64,000 nucleotides of DNA from Macrostomum lignano (taxonomy: Eukaryota), in contig NIVC01001252.1 of assembly GCA_002269645.1 (NCBI GenBank), positions 154,975 through 218,974 of the forward strand. Direction: 5' to 3'. Of this stretch, positions 1 to 13,100 are shown one piece after another. The position numbers and the translations under genes are program-made. How positions within the stretch are numbered: position 1 is the stretch's first letter; every line of letters starts with the position of its first letter. The notes below the pieces were generated by a model. The model had not been told where the DNA came from. It worked only from the letters and a program-made list of their open reading frames with translations, and ran no database searches.

Positions 1-1376
1 AGGCTGATGAGTACGTCTAACAGGCTGATGAGTGTGTCTAACAGGCTGATGAGTGTGTCTAACAGGCTGATGAGTACGTCTAACAGGCTGATGAGTGTGT
101 CTAACAGGCTGATGAGTGTGTCTAACAGGCTGATGAGTGCGTCTAACAGGCTGATGAGTGTGTCTAACAGGGTGATGAGTGTGTCTAACTGGCTGATGAG
201 TGTGTCTAACAGGCTGATGAGTACGTCTAACAGGCTGATGAGTGTGTCTAACAGGCTGATGAGTGTGTCTAACAGGCTGATGAGTACGTCTAACAGGCTG
301 ATGAGTGTGTCTAACAGGCTGATGAGTGTGTCTAACAGGCTGATGAGTGCGTCTAACAGGCTGATGAGTGTGTCTAACAGGTTGATGAGTGTGTCTAACA
401 GGCTGATGAGTGTGTCTAACAGGTTGATGAGTGTGTCTAACAGGGTGATGAGTGTGTCTAACAGGTTGATGAGTGTGTCTAACAGGTTGATGAGTGTGTC
501 TAACAGGGTGATGAGTACGTCTAACAGGCTGATGAGTGTGTCTAACAGGTTGATGAGTACGTCTAACAGGCTGATGAGTGTGTCTAACAGGCTGATGAGT
601 GTGTCTAACAGGCTGATGAGTGTGTCTAACACGCTGATGAGTGTGTCTAACAGGCTGATGAGTGTGTCTAACAGGTTGATGAGTGTGTTTAACAGGCTGA
701 TGAGTGTGTCTAACAGGCTGATGAGTGTGTCTAACAGGTTGATGAGTGTGTCTAACAGGTTGATGAGTGTGTCTAACAGGCTGATGAGTGTGTCTAACAG
801 GTTGATGAGTGTGTCTAACAGGCTGATGAGTGTGTCTAACAGGTTGATGAGTGTGTCTAACAGGGTGATGAGTACGTCTAACAGGCTGATGAGTGTGTCT
901 AACAGATTGATGAGTGTGTCTAACAGGCTGATGAGTGTGTCTAACAGACTGATGAGTGTGTCTAACAGGCTGATGAGTGTGTCTAACACGCTGATGAGTG
1001 TGTCTAACAGGCTGATGAGTGTGTCTAACAGGTTGATGAGTGTGTCTAACAGGCTGATGAGTGCGTCTAACAGGCTGATGAGTGTGTCTAACAGGTTGAT
1101 GAGTGTGTCTAACAGGCTGATGAGTGTGTCTAACAGGTTGATGAGTGTGTCTAACAGGCTGATGAGTACGTCTAACAGGCTGATGAGTACGTCTAACAGG
1201 CTGATGAGTGTGTCTAACAGATTGATGAGTGTGTCTAACAGGGTGATGAGTGTGTCTAACAGGCTGATGAGTGTGTCTAACAGGTTGATGAGTGTGTCTA
1301 ACAGGCTGATGAGTACGTCTAACAGGCTGATGAGTGTGTCTAACAGGGTGATGAGTGTGTCTATCAGGCTGATGAG
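1..1376. repeat. 21-bp minisatellite (AGGCTGATGAGTGTGTCTAAC), about 65 copies, TRPC intron
   Basis: Direct tandem copies; source of the spurious (MSVSNRL)n ORF. Confidence 0.97.
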
Positions 1377-1408
1377 TCTCAAAACAGAGAAGGCAGTTCA
1401 GCACTCAC

Positions 1409-4076
1409 TCGCCCTGTGCTGCGTGTAAGCCGGTGTTTTCATTCCGTTAGTCCGAAGAATTTCCAGAAGCTCGAAGCGGAAGGCGGAGATGTCGCCCTTG
1501 ATCTCGTTCAGGTCGTCCTCCGTGACGCCCTGCCGTTCGTCCAGCCTCTGGCGCACCATCAGGTAGCGCTTGACCAGGTCACGCATCACCGTCTGGTAGC
1601 GAGCCTCGCGCTCGTTCACGCGCTTCACCACCTTCTGCAAAACGGGGTGGGGGGGCAGAAGGTTCGAAGAATGTTGGCTAGGTGATTGTGAATGGTTGCT
1701 AGGTGATTGTGAATGGTTGCTAGGTGATTGTGAATGGTTGCTAGGTGATTGTGAATGGTTGCTAGGTGATTGTGAATGGTTGCTAGGTGATTGTGAATGG
1801 TTGCTAGGTGATTGTGAATGGTTGCTAGGTGATTGTGAATGGTTGCTAGGTGATTGTGAATGGTTGCTAGGTGATTGTGAATGGTTGCTAGGTGATTGTG
1901 AATGGTTGCTAGGTTATTGTGAATGGTTGCTAGGTGATTGTGAATGGTTGCTAGGTGATTGTGACTGGTTCACTCTCGCTCTCACCCGGATGCTCTGCCA
2001 CTTGCTCCGCTGGTGCTGCTTCGAGCAGGAGCAGAGCCGCTCCTTCGTCCAAGTCGCAATGTACAGGAAGGACTTCGGACTCGGAATGATGTTGAATGGC
2101 ACTGGCAGGGTGCCGCCCTCCTCGAAGTAGCTGATCCACAGTTTGCTGCGCGCGAATTTCCACTCCGTGTCCGCTTGCGTCTGCGGGATGGCGGCGGGTT
2201 GAAGCTGCGATGCGTGAGGGGGGCAGAGAGAGGGGGGTAGCGGGAGGGTCAGAGAAAGAGGGGTAGCGGGAGGGTCAGAGAGAGAGGGGTAGCGGGAGGG
2301 TCAGAGAGAGAGAGGGGTAGCGAGAGGGTCAGAGAGAGAGGGGTAGCGGGAGGGTCAGAGAGAGAGGGGGTAGCGAGAGGGTCAGAGAGAGAGGGGGTAG
2401 CGAGAGGGTCAGAGAGAGAGGGGTAGCGGGAGGGTCAGAGAGAGGGTTGGTTGAAGGGCCAGGCAGGGGCAGGCGGGGCTAAACTGAAGCAGTATTTGAT
2501 TTGCCTGTATAGACCACAGTATCACAGACAAAGCAAGCAGAAAAAGCAACCCAGTTTCTCATCCGTATTAATTTTTTACTAAGTCAATAAAAAACCAATC
2601 TGCATTTTTACTGCACAAAATTGCTACCAGAGCCATTTTTTCTGTCTCACTGCTTCTTCTTCGCAAGCAGACTAACTGCGGAGTAGCGGAACGGCAGACT
2701 CGGCTTGTAGCGGGCTGTGCGAACTGCGGTTTCTGCCGTGCTACTGGAGGGTCAATCGAGCAACTTTCTAGCAAGCCAACTCACTACAGATCTATTCCAC
2801 CCTTTCACCAATCCACCCACTCTTTCACCAACCCGCCTACTCTTTCATCAACCCACCCACTCTTTCACCAACCCACCCACTCTTTCACCAACCCGCCACT
2901 CTTTCACCAACCCACCCACTCACTACAGATCTATTCCACTCTTTCACCAACCCACCCACTCACTACAGATCTATTCCACTCTTTCACCAACCCACCCACT
3001 CACTACAGATCTATTCCACTCTTTCACCAACCCACCCACTCTTTCACCAACCCGCCACTCTTTCACCAACCCACCCACTCTTTCACCAACCCGCCACTCT
3101 TTCACCAACCCGCCACTCTTTCACCAAACCGCCACTCTTTCACCAACCCACCCACTCTTTCACCAACCCGCCACTCTTTCACCAGCCCGCCACTCTTTCA
3201 CCAACCCACCCACTCTTTCACCAACCCGCCTACTCTTTCACCAACCCACCCACTCACTACAGATCTATTCCACTCTTTCACCAACCCACCCGCTTCTCTA
3301 CCAACCCACCCGCTCCTCTACCAACCCACCCGCTCCTCTACCAACCCACCCACTCCTCTACCAACCCACCCACTCCTTCACCAACCCACCCACTCTTTCA
3401 CCAACCCACCCTCCTCTTTACCAACCCACCCGCTCCTCTACCAACCCACCCACTCCTTCACCAACCCACCCACTCCTTCACCAACCCACCCGCTCCTCTA
3501 CCAACCCACCCACTTCTCTACCAACCCACCCACTCCTTCACCAACCCACCCACTTCTCTACCAACCCACCCACTCCTTCACCAACCCACCCACTTCTCTA
3601 CCAACCCACCCACTCCTTCACCAACCCACCCACTTCTCTACCAACCCACCCACTCCTTCACCAACCCACCCACTTCTCTACCAACCCACCCACTCCTTCA
3701 CCAACCCACCCACTTCTCTACCAACCCACCCACTCCTTCACCAACTCACCCACTCCTTCACTAACCCACCCACTCCTTCAGTGAGCATACTTTAAGCATC
3801 TCAAAAGTCCCAATCGAGAACAGCAAAGGCAGCGGACTCACTGCAATGGACTCATAGCTGCAGTTCATCATAGCGATTAGCATATTCAGCAGCACAACAA
3901 ACGTTATCGCTGAGAAGACGCCGTACATTAGTTTGCCTGAAATTTCGAAGATTACGAGTAGTTTTAAAATTATTACGTAATTCAGTTTTATTCATTCTGT
4001 ATCTCAGCTGCTGCAAAATAAACCCAAGGCATCCAAATCTCAGTTCTTGGGGTTAAAATGTTTTGCTTCATTGCTT

Positions 4077-4139
<63 letters not shown>

Positions 4140-7100
4140 TCTCTCTCTCTCTCTCTCTGCCCCTTATCTATCTGGCACTGGAAACCCAAAGCGAACCGGG
4201 GGCGGCTGGGGTGCTAGCATGAAAATTTCGCCATTTCAACACCGAATAATACGGCTACAACCCCCCCCCCCCCTACAGCCCTGCGCCACCGACCATATTA
4301 GTTGGAAATTTGATAAATACACAGATATCAACCAGCGGAAAAGGAAAACTGGTCTTGAAAGACGCCAACAAGAAATTTCCTCTAGTAGATTATATTTTAA
4401 TAATTTCCTTGTACGAGCATTTTCTTTAGCGCGTAGGAAAGTCGGGAGTTGTTTGGTTTCAATATTTTTCCTGACTCTCAGAGATGCCTTCTGTCTGCCT
4501 CGGCTGTCTGTCTGCTCTGGCCGTTGCGACCTTCATCGCATCGCACCTGCAGCTCACTGCGGCGGTGAGTGTATGGCTGTGGTTCATATTCACAGCCTGT
4601 TTATTATATCTGGAGTTAAAGCAGAGATTTAGAATGGATTGCTAGTCTAGAGCTTACCTGGATAAAGGATTAGAATGGATTGCTAATCTATAGTCTACAT
4701 GGATAAAGGAATAGAATGGATTGCTAATCTATAGCCTACATGGATAAAGGAATAGAATGGATTGCTAATCTATAGGCTACATGAATAAAGGAATAGAATG
4801 GATTGCTAATCTATAGCCTACATGAATAAAGGAATAGAATGGATTGCTAATCTATAGGCTACATGGATAAAGGAATAGAATGGATTGCTAATCTATAGGC
4901 TACACGGATAAAGGAATAGAATGGATTGCTAATCTATAGCCTACATGAATAAAGGAATAGAATGGATTGCTAATCTATAGCCTACATGAATAAAGGATTA
5001 TGATGGATTGCTAATCTACTTCCCGCGGACATTCGAACAGAACACAAAGTTTTTTGTGCGGCTGGACCACTATGAGAACTACAATAACCAGCTGCAAGTC
5101 CATGCCCGGTGCGACAGCGGCAACGTCTGCGACCCCGCATTTGTCATTCGAGTCAGCGGCAGCTGGTGAGAATGCAACCTGTCTACTTTTAGTAGAAAGT
5201 TCTGTGCAAAATTTATAAGAATTATTTTTTGTGTAAAAGTAATTTGAAATTAATAACAGATTACAAGAATCCTTTACACAGAAAAAAGAGAATCGCTACT
5301 TTATCTCACCTAGAGAATCGCTCCTATAAGAATCTCACCTAGAGAATCGCCCCTATAAGAATCTCACCTAGAGAATCGCCCCTATAAGAATCTCACCTAG
5401 AGAATCGCTCCTATAAGAATCTCACCTAGAGAATCGCCCCTATAAGAATCTCACCTAGAGAATCGCCCCTATAAGAATCTCACCTAGAGAATCGCCCCTA
5501 TAAGAATCTCACCTAGAGAATCGCTCCTATAAGAATCTCACCTAGAGAATCGCCCCTATAAGAATCTCACCTAGAGTATCGCTCGTATTAGAATCTCACC
5601 TAGAGAATCTCTCCTTTAAGAATCTCACCCAAGAGAATCGCCCCTATAAGAATCTCACCCAAGAGAATCGCCCCTATAAGAATCTCACCCAAGAGAATCG
5701 CCCCTATAAGAATCTCACCCAAGAGAATCGCCCCTATAAGAATCTCACCCAAGAGAATCGCCCCTATAAGAATCTCACCCAAGAGAATCGCCCCTATAAG
5801 AATCTCACCCAAGAGAATCGCCCCTATAAGAATCTCACCCAAGAGAATCGCCCCTATAAGAATCTCACCCAAGAGAATCGCCTCTATTAGAATCTCACCC
5901 AAGAGAATCGCTCGTATTAGAATCTCACCCAAGAGAATCGCCCCTATAAGAATCTCACCCAAGAGAATCGCCCCTATAAGAATCTCACCCAAACTTGATC
6001 CTCAAGGGGCCGGAGCGACGCGGCATCGGACTGCATCTCCAACAAAATGCAGATCACATTCGGTGATAAAATTGGTACAAATCTGACCAATCCTCTGCAT
6101 TTCGTTGAGCAACCATCTCTGGTAATAAATCAATTCATATTTCATCTCGATAAAAACACAGTACAATATGAATTTTGATATTTTCTTAATTGTTTCAGCA
6201 TCCCGTGTTAATTCATGTCTGGATCAAGGACTGCTACATGGACAGAGCCATGGACGACATTGGCGAGTTTCACGCGCAAATAGCGCAGCTTCCCAGACCA
6301 TTTTTATTCACGGATTGGGTCGACTTTAGCGACTCGGAGCGAACGAAATCGATCGAATTGACGCCATCGCTAAACACCCCGCTATCGACCAAGTGAGCCT
6401 TGAGCTGGTGCTACTTATCTGTGTTCGAGTGGGTTTATTGGTTTACCAAAGTATCAGTTTATTGATTTATCAGTTGATAAGTTGATAAGTTTATCATTCT
6501 ATCAGTTTATCGGTCTTATCAGTTTATCGGTCTATCAGTTTATCATTCTATCAGTTTATCGGTCTTATCAGTTTATCGGTCTATCAGTTTATCATTCTAT
6601 CAGTTTATCAGTTTCTCAGTCTATCACTTTATCAGTTTATCAGCTTATCAGTTTATCAGCTTATCAGTTTATCAGCTTATCAGTTTATCAGCTTATCAGT
6701 TTATCAGCTTATCAGTTTATCAGCTTATCAGTTTATCAGCTTATCAGTTTATCAGCTTATCAGTTTATCAGCTTATCAGTTTATCAGCTTATCAGTTTAT
6801 CAGCTTATCAGTTTATCAGCTTATCAGTTTATCAGCTTATCAGTTTATCAGCTTATCAGTTTATCAGCTTATCAGTTTATCAGCTTATCAACTTGATAAA
6901 CCGACTGCTTCACCCCCTCAGGCTGCGAGTCACAGTATGGCGCCAATGTGAGCAGTTTTATTACGGCCAGGATTGCTCAAAATTCTGCCGACCCCTGCCG
7001 GGCCTGAGCTGCCACCCGGAGACTGGGGAGATGCTGAACTGCAGGGGATCCGTGTGCAACACCGGGATGGCAGCGCCCGCCACTTCTGGGCCCGCTGCAG

Positions 7101-10100
7101 CTCAGCAAACTGCTGAACCAGTGGGCGTCGCTGTGCAGTCCGACGTTAAAAAGCAGAAGGTGCTGCTTCATATCGTTTCATTTTTATGAATTGGGAGTGA
7201 CGGATAGAGTGACAGTTTGAGTGAAACTTAGTTAATGGTTAGAGTGAATCTAGAATGACCAATAGAGTGAATCTAGAAAGACCAAGAGTGAATCTAGAAT
7301 GACAGATAGAGTGGCAGATAGAGTGACAGATAGAGTGACAGATAGAGTGACAGATAGAGTGACAGATAGAGTGACAGATAGAGTGACAGATAGAGTGACA
7401 GCTAGAGTGACAGATAGAGTGACAGCTAGAGTGCTTTGGCCGATCATGTGAAGCTAGCATGGCAGACTAAATAGAAGCTCTCGAGTGCCGAATGCGATGA
7501 AGAAGGTATTGAAGAACTTTATTGAAATCCGCAGGCGCAGCAGGCCAATCTGACCCTGATAGTCACGCTGTCATGCTTGCTGGCCCTGACAACAGTCGCC
7601 GCTGCCTCCATTCTAGTCATCGTGCGCCGGTGTGTAAAGCCGAAAAAGTGAGTTGCCTCATACAGTTTGCTTTCGGTTGCTAATGGGTTCCAGTTATTAT
7701 CACAGGGAGTGAGTTGGCTGCAGGAGGGACTTGGGAAACAGGGAGTGAGGTGGGTGCATGAAAGGGGTGGGAAGAACAGGGAGTGAGGTGGGTGCATGAA
7801 AGGGGTGGGAGGAACAGGGAGTGAGGTGGGTGCATGAAAGGGGTGGGAAGAACAGGGAGTGAGGTGGGTGCATGAAAGTGGTGGGAAGAACAGGGAGTGA
7901 GGTGGGTGCATGAAAGGGGTGGGAGGAACAGGGAGTGAGGTGGGTGCAGGAGGGGGTTGGAGGAATAGGGAGTGAGGTGGGTGCAGGAGGGGGTTAGAGG
8001 AATAGGGAATGAGGTGGGTGCATGAAAGGGGTGGGACGAACAGGGAGTGAGGTGGGTGCAGGAGGGGGTTGGAGGAATAGGGAGTGAGGTGAGTTCATGA
8101 AGGGGTTGGGGGAACAGGGAATGAGGTGGGTGAAGGAGGGTTTGGAGGAACAGGGAGTGAGGTGGGTGAAGGAGGGTTTGGAGGAACAGGGAGTGAGGTG
8201 GGTGCATGAAGGGGTTGGAGGAACAGGTAGTGAGGTGGGTGCAGGAGGCGGTTGTGAGTTTTGCTCAATCAGGCCCTGAGCTGATCGAAGACCCAGCACA
8301 ATCTGTCTCTCTCCCCCATAAGGCGACCGAGCTGTCATAACCGGGCCCTGATCCCGCCCACGCACTCGATGGCTGTCGGCCTGCGAGACGCCGAGGCGGG
8401 CTCCGACCCGGCCTCTCCGCTGCAGCAGGACTTTGTCAACGGCTGCTACACCGTCCAGACGAGGCCGCTGCCGGCTCCCGGTGGCGTTGCCACTGCCACT
8501 GCAGTCGCCAGGGAGGCTCACCGCCCCGAATCGGACGTGTACGAAACCCCGGAGGAGCCTGCGCTGCTGTCCGGCGTGGCCGTCCCGCCGCCGCTGCCGG
8601 CCAGGGACAACCTGTCTGGGCAGTTCCAGCGAACTCCGCTATCAAGAAGCTTCAGCAAGCCGAATAAGTGATTGATGGAGATTTGGCAGACCGGCTGCTG
8701 AACCGGCTCGCTCGCATTGCATCATATTAGCGCTTCATTCAAAGATCGCGATGTACTTTTATGCTCAAATTTGATTGGGTGAATATTAGCGCTTAATTCA
8801 AAGATCGCGAGATACTTTTATTCTGGCATTGCATTGGATGAATATTAGCGCAACACTCAAAGATCACGATGTACTTTTATTCTGGCATTGCATTGGATGA
8901 ATATTAGCGCAACACTCAAAGATCACGATGTACTTTTATTCTGGCATTGCATTGGATGAATATTAGCGCTTAATTCAAAGATCACAATGCGCTTTTCAAA
9001 GTTCAATTTAAATTTCGGCCTTCAAATTTTATTTGCTGACAAATTGCTCATATTGATCATTGACCTTAGCTAATCAAAATTCGTTGGCCATTTTTCGTCA
9101 AGGTTAACTACTTTGTCTCGATTGTACTCTGAGTAGTCTGTTTATTTCATTCCATTCTTTCTTGTCAGCATTCGCCCCAGTAGTTAGTCGGTATGGTATA
9201 TGTACGTTGAAATATTAAAAAAAGGAATTTGATTGTTAACAAACCTGTGTACATATTCGATAATGATTTAAATTTACAGATTTCTCACAGCTTATTCTGA
9301 TTCTCACAAACTTCAACGAGTTTGATGTCAATAAGCTGTATTCTGTTAAGTAAGTATAGATTGGTTGCAGCTGTGTGCTCAGAACTCCTCTCGATAACTG
9401 AATCCATAAAAATAATAAAAAATTAAATCTGTTTATCAATGCAGGAAATGTCTATATCTATTGTTATTATTAATATTTTGTCAATAAATCTACTATGTGC
9501 ATATTGCAATATTTTAAATGCAATTTTTGTTTATAGATGCGTGCAGTGTTTATTGCATTCTCATATGCCATCGATGGTGCTTTTCTGTTTGTTAAAAGTA
9601 AAAAAAAACTTTTTGTCATTTGTGTTGCCCAAGTTATAAATTAGCAATCCATTCTATTCCTTTATCCGCGTAGGCTATAGATTAGCAATCCATTCTATTC
9701 CTTTATCCGCGTAGGCTATAGATTAGCAATCCATTCTATTCCTTTATCCGCGTAGGCTATAGATTAGCAATCCATTCTATTCCTTTATCCGCGTAGGCTA
9801 TAGATTAGCAATCCATTCTATTCCTTTATTCATGTAGCCTATAGATTAGCAATCCATTCTATTCCTTTATCCGTGTAGGCTATAGATTAGCAATCCATTC
9901 TAATCCTTTATCCATGTAGGCTAGCAATCCATTATGTCCTTAAACTATGACGGCAATAAATGACTGATTCAAAATTGTACTTGTCAGTACATGAGTACAA
10001 AAAAACAAAGGAAAACTGACAGACCCACTTACCGACAAACTCCGTGAAGGAATGCTCATACTCCAGATCCGTGTTGGATAAGTCAATGAGGCCGTAGGTG

Positions 10101-13100
10101 GACCAATACAGAGTCTGGGTGATCTCGAACAAGCTGCAGCATGGATAGAGGTGGGTCAAAAACAGTATTTTAACACTCATCATGCACTACTGTTAGTAGA
10201 CGATTCTAAGTAGTGTCAGAAAGTTCTCAGAATGCTTTCGAAGACACGACTTGAAAGCAAATTTGGGGTTTGCCAAAAATTCTCCGAGCGCAGCTGATTC
10301 TGCAAGAAGATTGTCTGCAGGGGGGGGGGCAGAGAGAAGCTGGGAAACAGAGAGATGAAGAGGCCCAGATAAAAGTGGCTTCTGGGGGGCTTTTTCGAAG
10401 CCTACCACCTCTTCTTCTCTCCAGAGTCATGGAGACCGGGAACCAGAACCTGGATTACCGACCCCTACCTGGACCTTCATCATTCTAAAGATGGAATTTA
10501 TTATAACTTTTGGTTTTGTTTGAAACAATTTCTTTCAAATTTGGGTCTCATTGTTAAGTCTAGGAGGTGGGGGTCGGCGAACTCCGGCCCGCGGCCTGTG
10601 GGCCTCTCTATCCGGCCCTCGGATCCTTTGAAATTTTACAATAGCAATCCGGCCCGCTCAAGGTTTGTGTCTCTTCTCAGCTCTCTTATCTCTTATCTTA
10701 TCTCCTCTCCTCTCCTCTCCTCTCCTCTCCTCTCCTCTCCTCTCCTCTCTTCTCCTCTCCTCTCTTCTCCTCTCTTCTCTTCTCCTCTCCTCTCCTCTCC
10801 TCTCCTCTCCTCTCCTCTCCTCTCCTCTCCTCTCCTTTCCTCTCCTCTCCTCTCCTCTCCTCTCCTCTCCTCTCCTCTCCTCTCCTCTCCTCCCTCCTCC
10901 TCTCCTCTCCTCTCCTCTCCTCTCCTCTCCTCTCCTCTCTCCTCCTCTCCTCCCTCCTTTCCTCTCTCCTCCTCTCTCCTCTCTCCTCCTCCCACTGTCA
11001 CGCAGCCATGAGCTAGATTTGCATTTGGCATTTGAGTTTCCCATCCCTGTGCTAGACTCTCGACACAAAATGTAAACAACAACCGTTTGTCGGTACATTA
11101 AGGAACTGCGGTCAAACCTGAAACTATCTGAAAGTGGGGATTAATTTAGGGAAAAGTGTTTCTTGGCCTCCATGGCCTGCGGGCTCGCCGGTAAACTTAG
11201 AATTTGTCACAGCTTCAACGCATACAGAAGTTTCCCTGCCGTTGGTTGTTTGCAGTGGCCACAGAGGCAGCCGCAGACCCACTGCAACCACGCGGAACAC
11301 ACGCAGCGCAAGGACTGGGGGTGTTGATAGACAAAAAGTTCACTACCGCAGCCTGCAGAATCTCCTTCTTTCTCCTCTGCTAGCAGCAGATTTTCAACAA
11401 ATTCTCTTCCGCTAAACAGCCGCCCAGCTGGACGGGAAAAGTGCTAATCTGTCACGACATTTATGAGAGCATCATCAATAGCCGAAATGGAAGAATTTGG
11501 GAAATTATCCCTCCTTTTTCGATTCCTAATATAGTGATTTTCAATACATATCGGAAGTGCCCCAGGGAAGAGTTTGAGACTTGGAAACCGCTTGGGAACA
11601 ACGGTGACTGCCAATACTGTTAATAACCTGATGTTCTCTTTACCAATTGGAGGGAAATTTGTTTGGTGATTGCGTCTGATGTTCGCACTCTTATTCATCT
11701 CCCTCTCCCTCTCCCTCTCCCTCTCCCTCTCCTCTCCTTCTCCCTCTCCCTCTCCCTCTCCCTCTCCCTCTCGCTCTCCCCCCTCTCTCTCTCCCTCTCT
11801 GTCTACCTCCCTCTACCTCTCCTTCTCCCTCTTCACCTCCCTCTCCCTCTCCCTCTCCCTCTCCCTCTCCCTCTCCCTCTTCACCTCCCTCTCCCTCTTC
11901 ACCTCCCTCTCCCTCTCCATCTCCCTCTCCCTCTCCCTCTCCCTCTCCCTCTCCCTCTCCCTCTCCCTCTTCACCTCCCTCTCCCTCTTCACCTCCCTCT
12001 CCCTCTCCCTCTTCACCTCCCTCTCCCTCTTCACCTCCCTCTCCCTCTCCCTCTTCACCTCCCTCTCCCTCTTCACCTCCCTCTCCCTCTCCCTCTTCAC
12101 CTCCCTCTCCCTCTTCACCTCCCTCTCCCTCTTCACCTCCCTCTCCCTCTCCCTCTCCGTCTACCTCCCTCTCCCTCTCTCTCCCCCTCTCCCTCTTCAT
12201 CTCCCTTTTCCTCTGCCTCTCCGTCTACCCCTTCCTTTCCCTTTCCCTCTGCCTCTTCCTTTTCATCTCCCTCTCCCTCTCCTCTCCCCCTGGATCTCTC
12301 TCCCTCTTCCTCTCCGCAATCTCCTTCTCCATCTCCCTGATGAAACCTTCCACTCCACCTGCATCTCACTCCCCCCAAAGGCTCACTTTGAGAAGGTGCG
12401 GCCTCTCGTGACGCAGTACTGATACTTCTCCAGATCGGAGCCGGTGATGCCGAAGCCCAGTTTCACATCTTTACAATACTTGTTCCTCTCGTACGCATAG
12501 AACCAATAGAGCTGGTTGAAGCCGCAAGCGAAGCTGCTGAGCACTAGCACAACTACAAATAGAAATTTGAGTATGTCCGACAGCATCCGGCCTAATGAGA
12601 TCTGCAGCGGGCCCAGGTGCGGGTTCACCGTGAAGATGTACACCAATTTGAGCATGGAGAATATGTTGGCCGTGGCGAACAGGCACTCAGAGATCAGGGT
12701 GGGGTCGTACGCGTCCCAGTACTGTCGGTGAATATTAGCCAGGTTGCCGTCCTGCCGCACCTGCCAACGGCCGTTTTAATAGGGATGGCTTCGAATGAGA
12801 TTCCAACGGTTAGCTGAGGCTTGGTGACAGGCTTTAAGAGAGAGAGAGAGAGAGAGAGTAGAATAGCTAGTGTGTGGGGAAAATGCAGATTGGGGGAAAG
12901 AGAGTGAGAAGTAGAGAGTGAAAGAAGAGGGGAAGGGGAAGAGAGGTAGGAGATAGGGAGCGAGTGAGAGGGAGAGGGTGAGAGGGGAGGGTGAGAGGGA
13001 GAGGGTGAAAGGGAGAGGGTGAGAGGGAGAGGGTGAGAGGGAGAGGGTGAGGGAGAGGGTGAGAGGGAGAAGGTGAGAGGGAGAGGGTGAGGGTGAGAGG

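Noticed and set aside
7-1428. Long ORFs over tandem arrays (e.g. 7-1428, 2717-3784, 11663-13940, 15208-16007, 25640-26673, 33102-36161, 44826-45695, 53877-54518, 59798-60681)
   Set aside because: They are translations of stop-free repeat units, lie inside introns or intergenic DNA, and are open in several frames at once.
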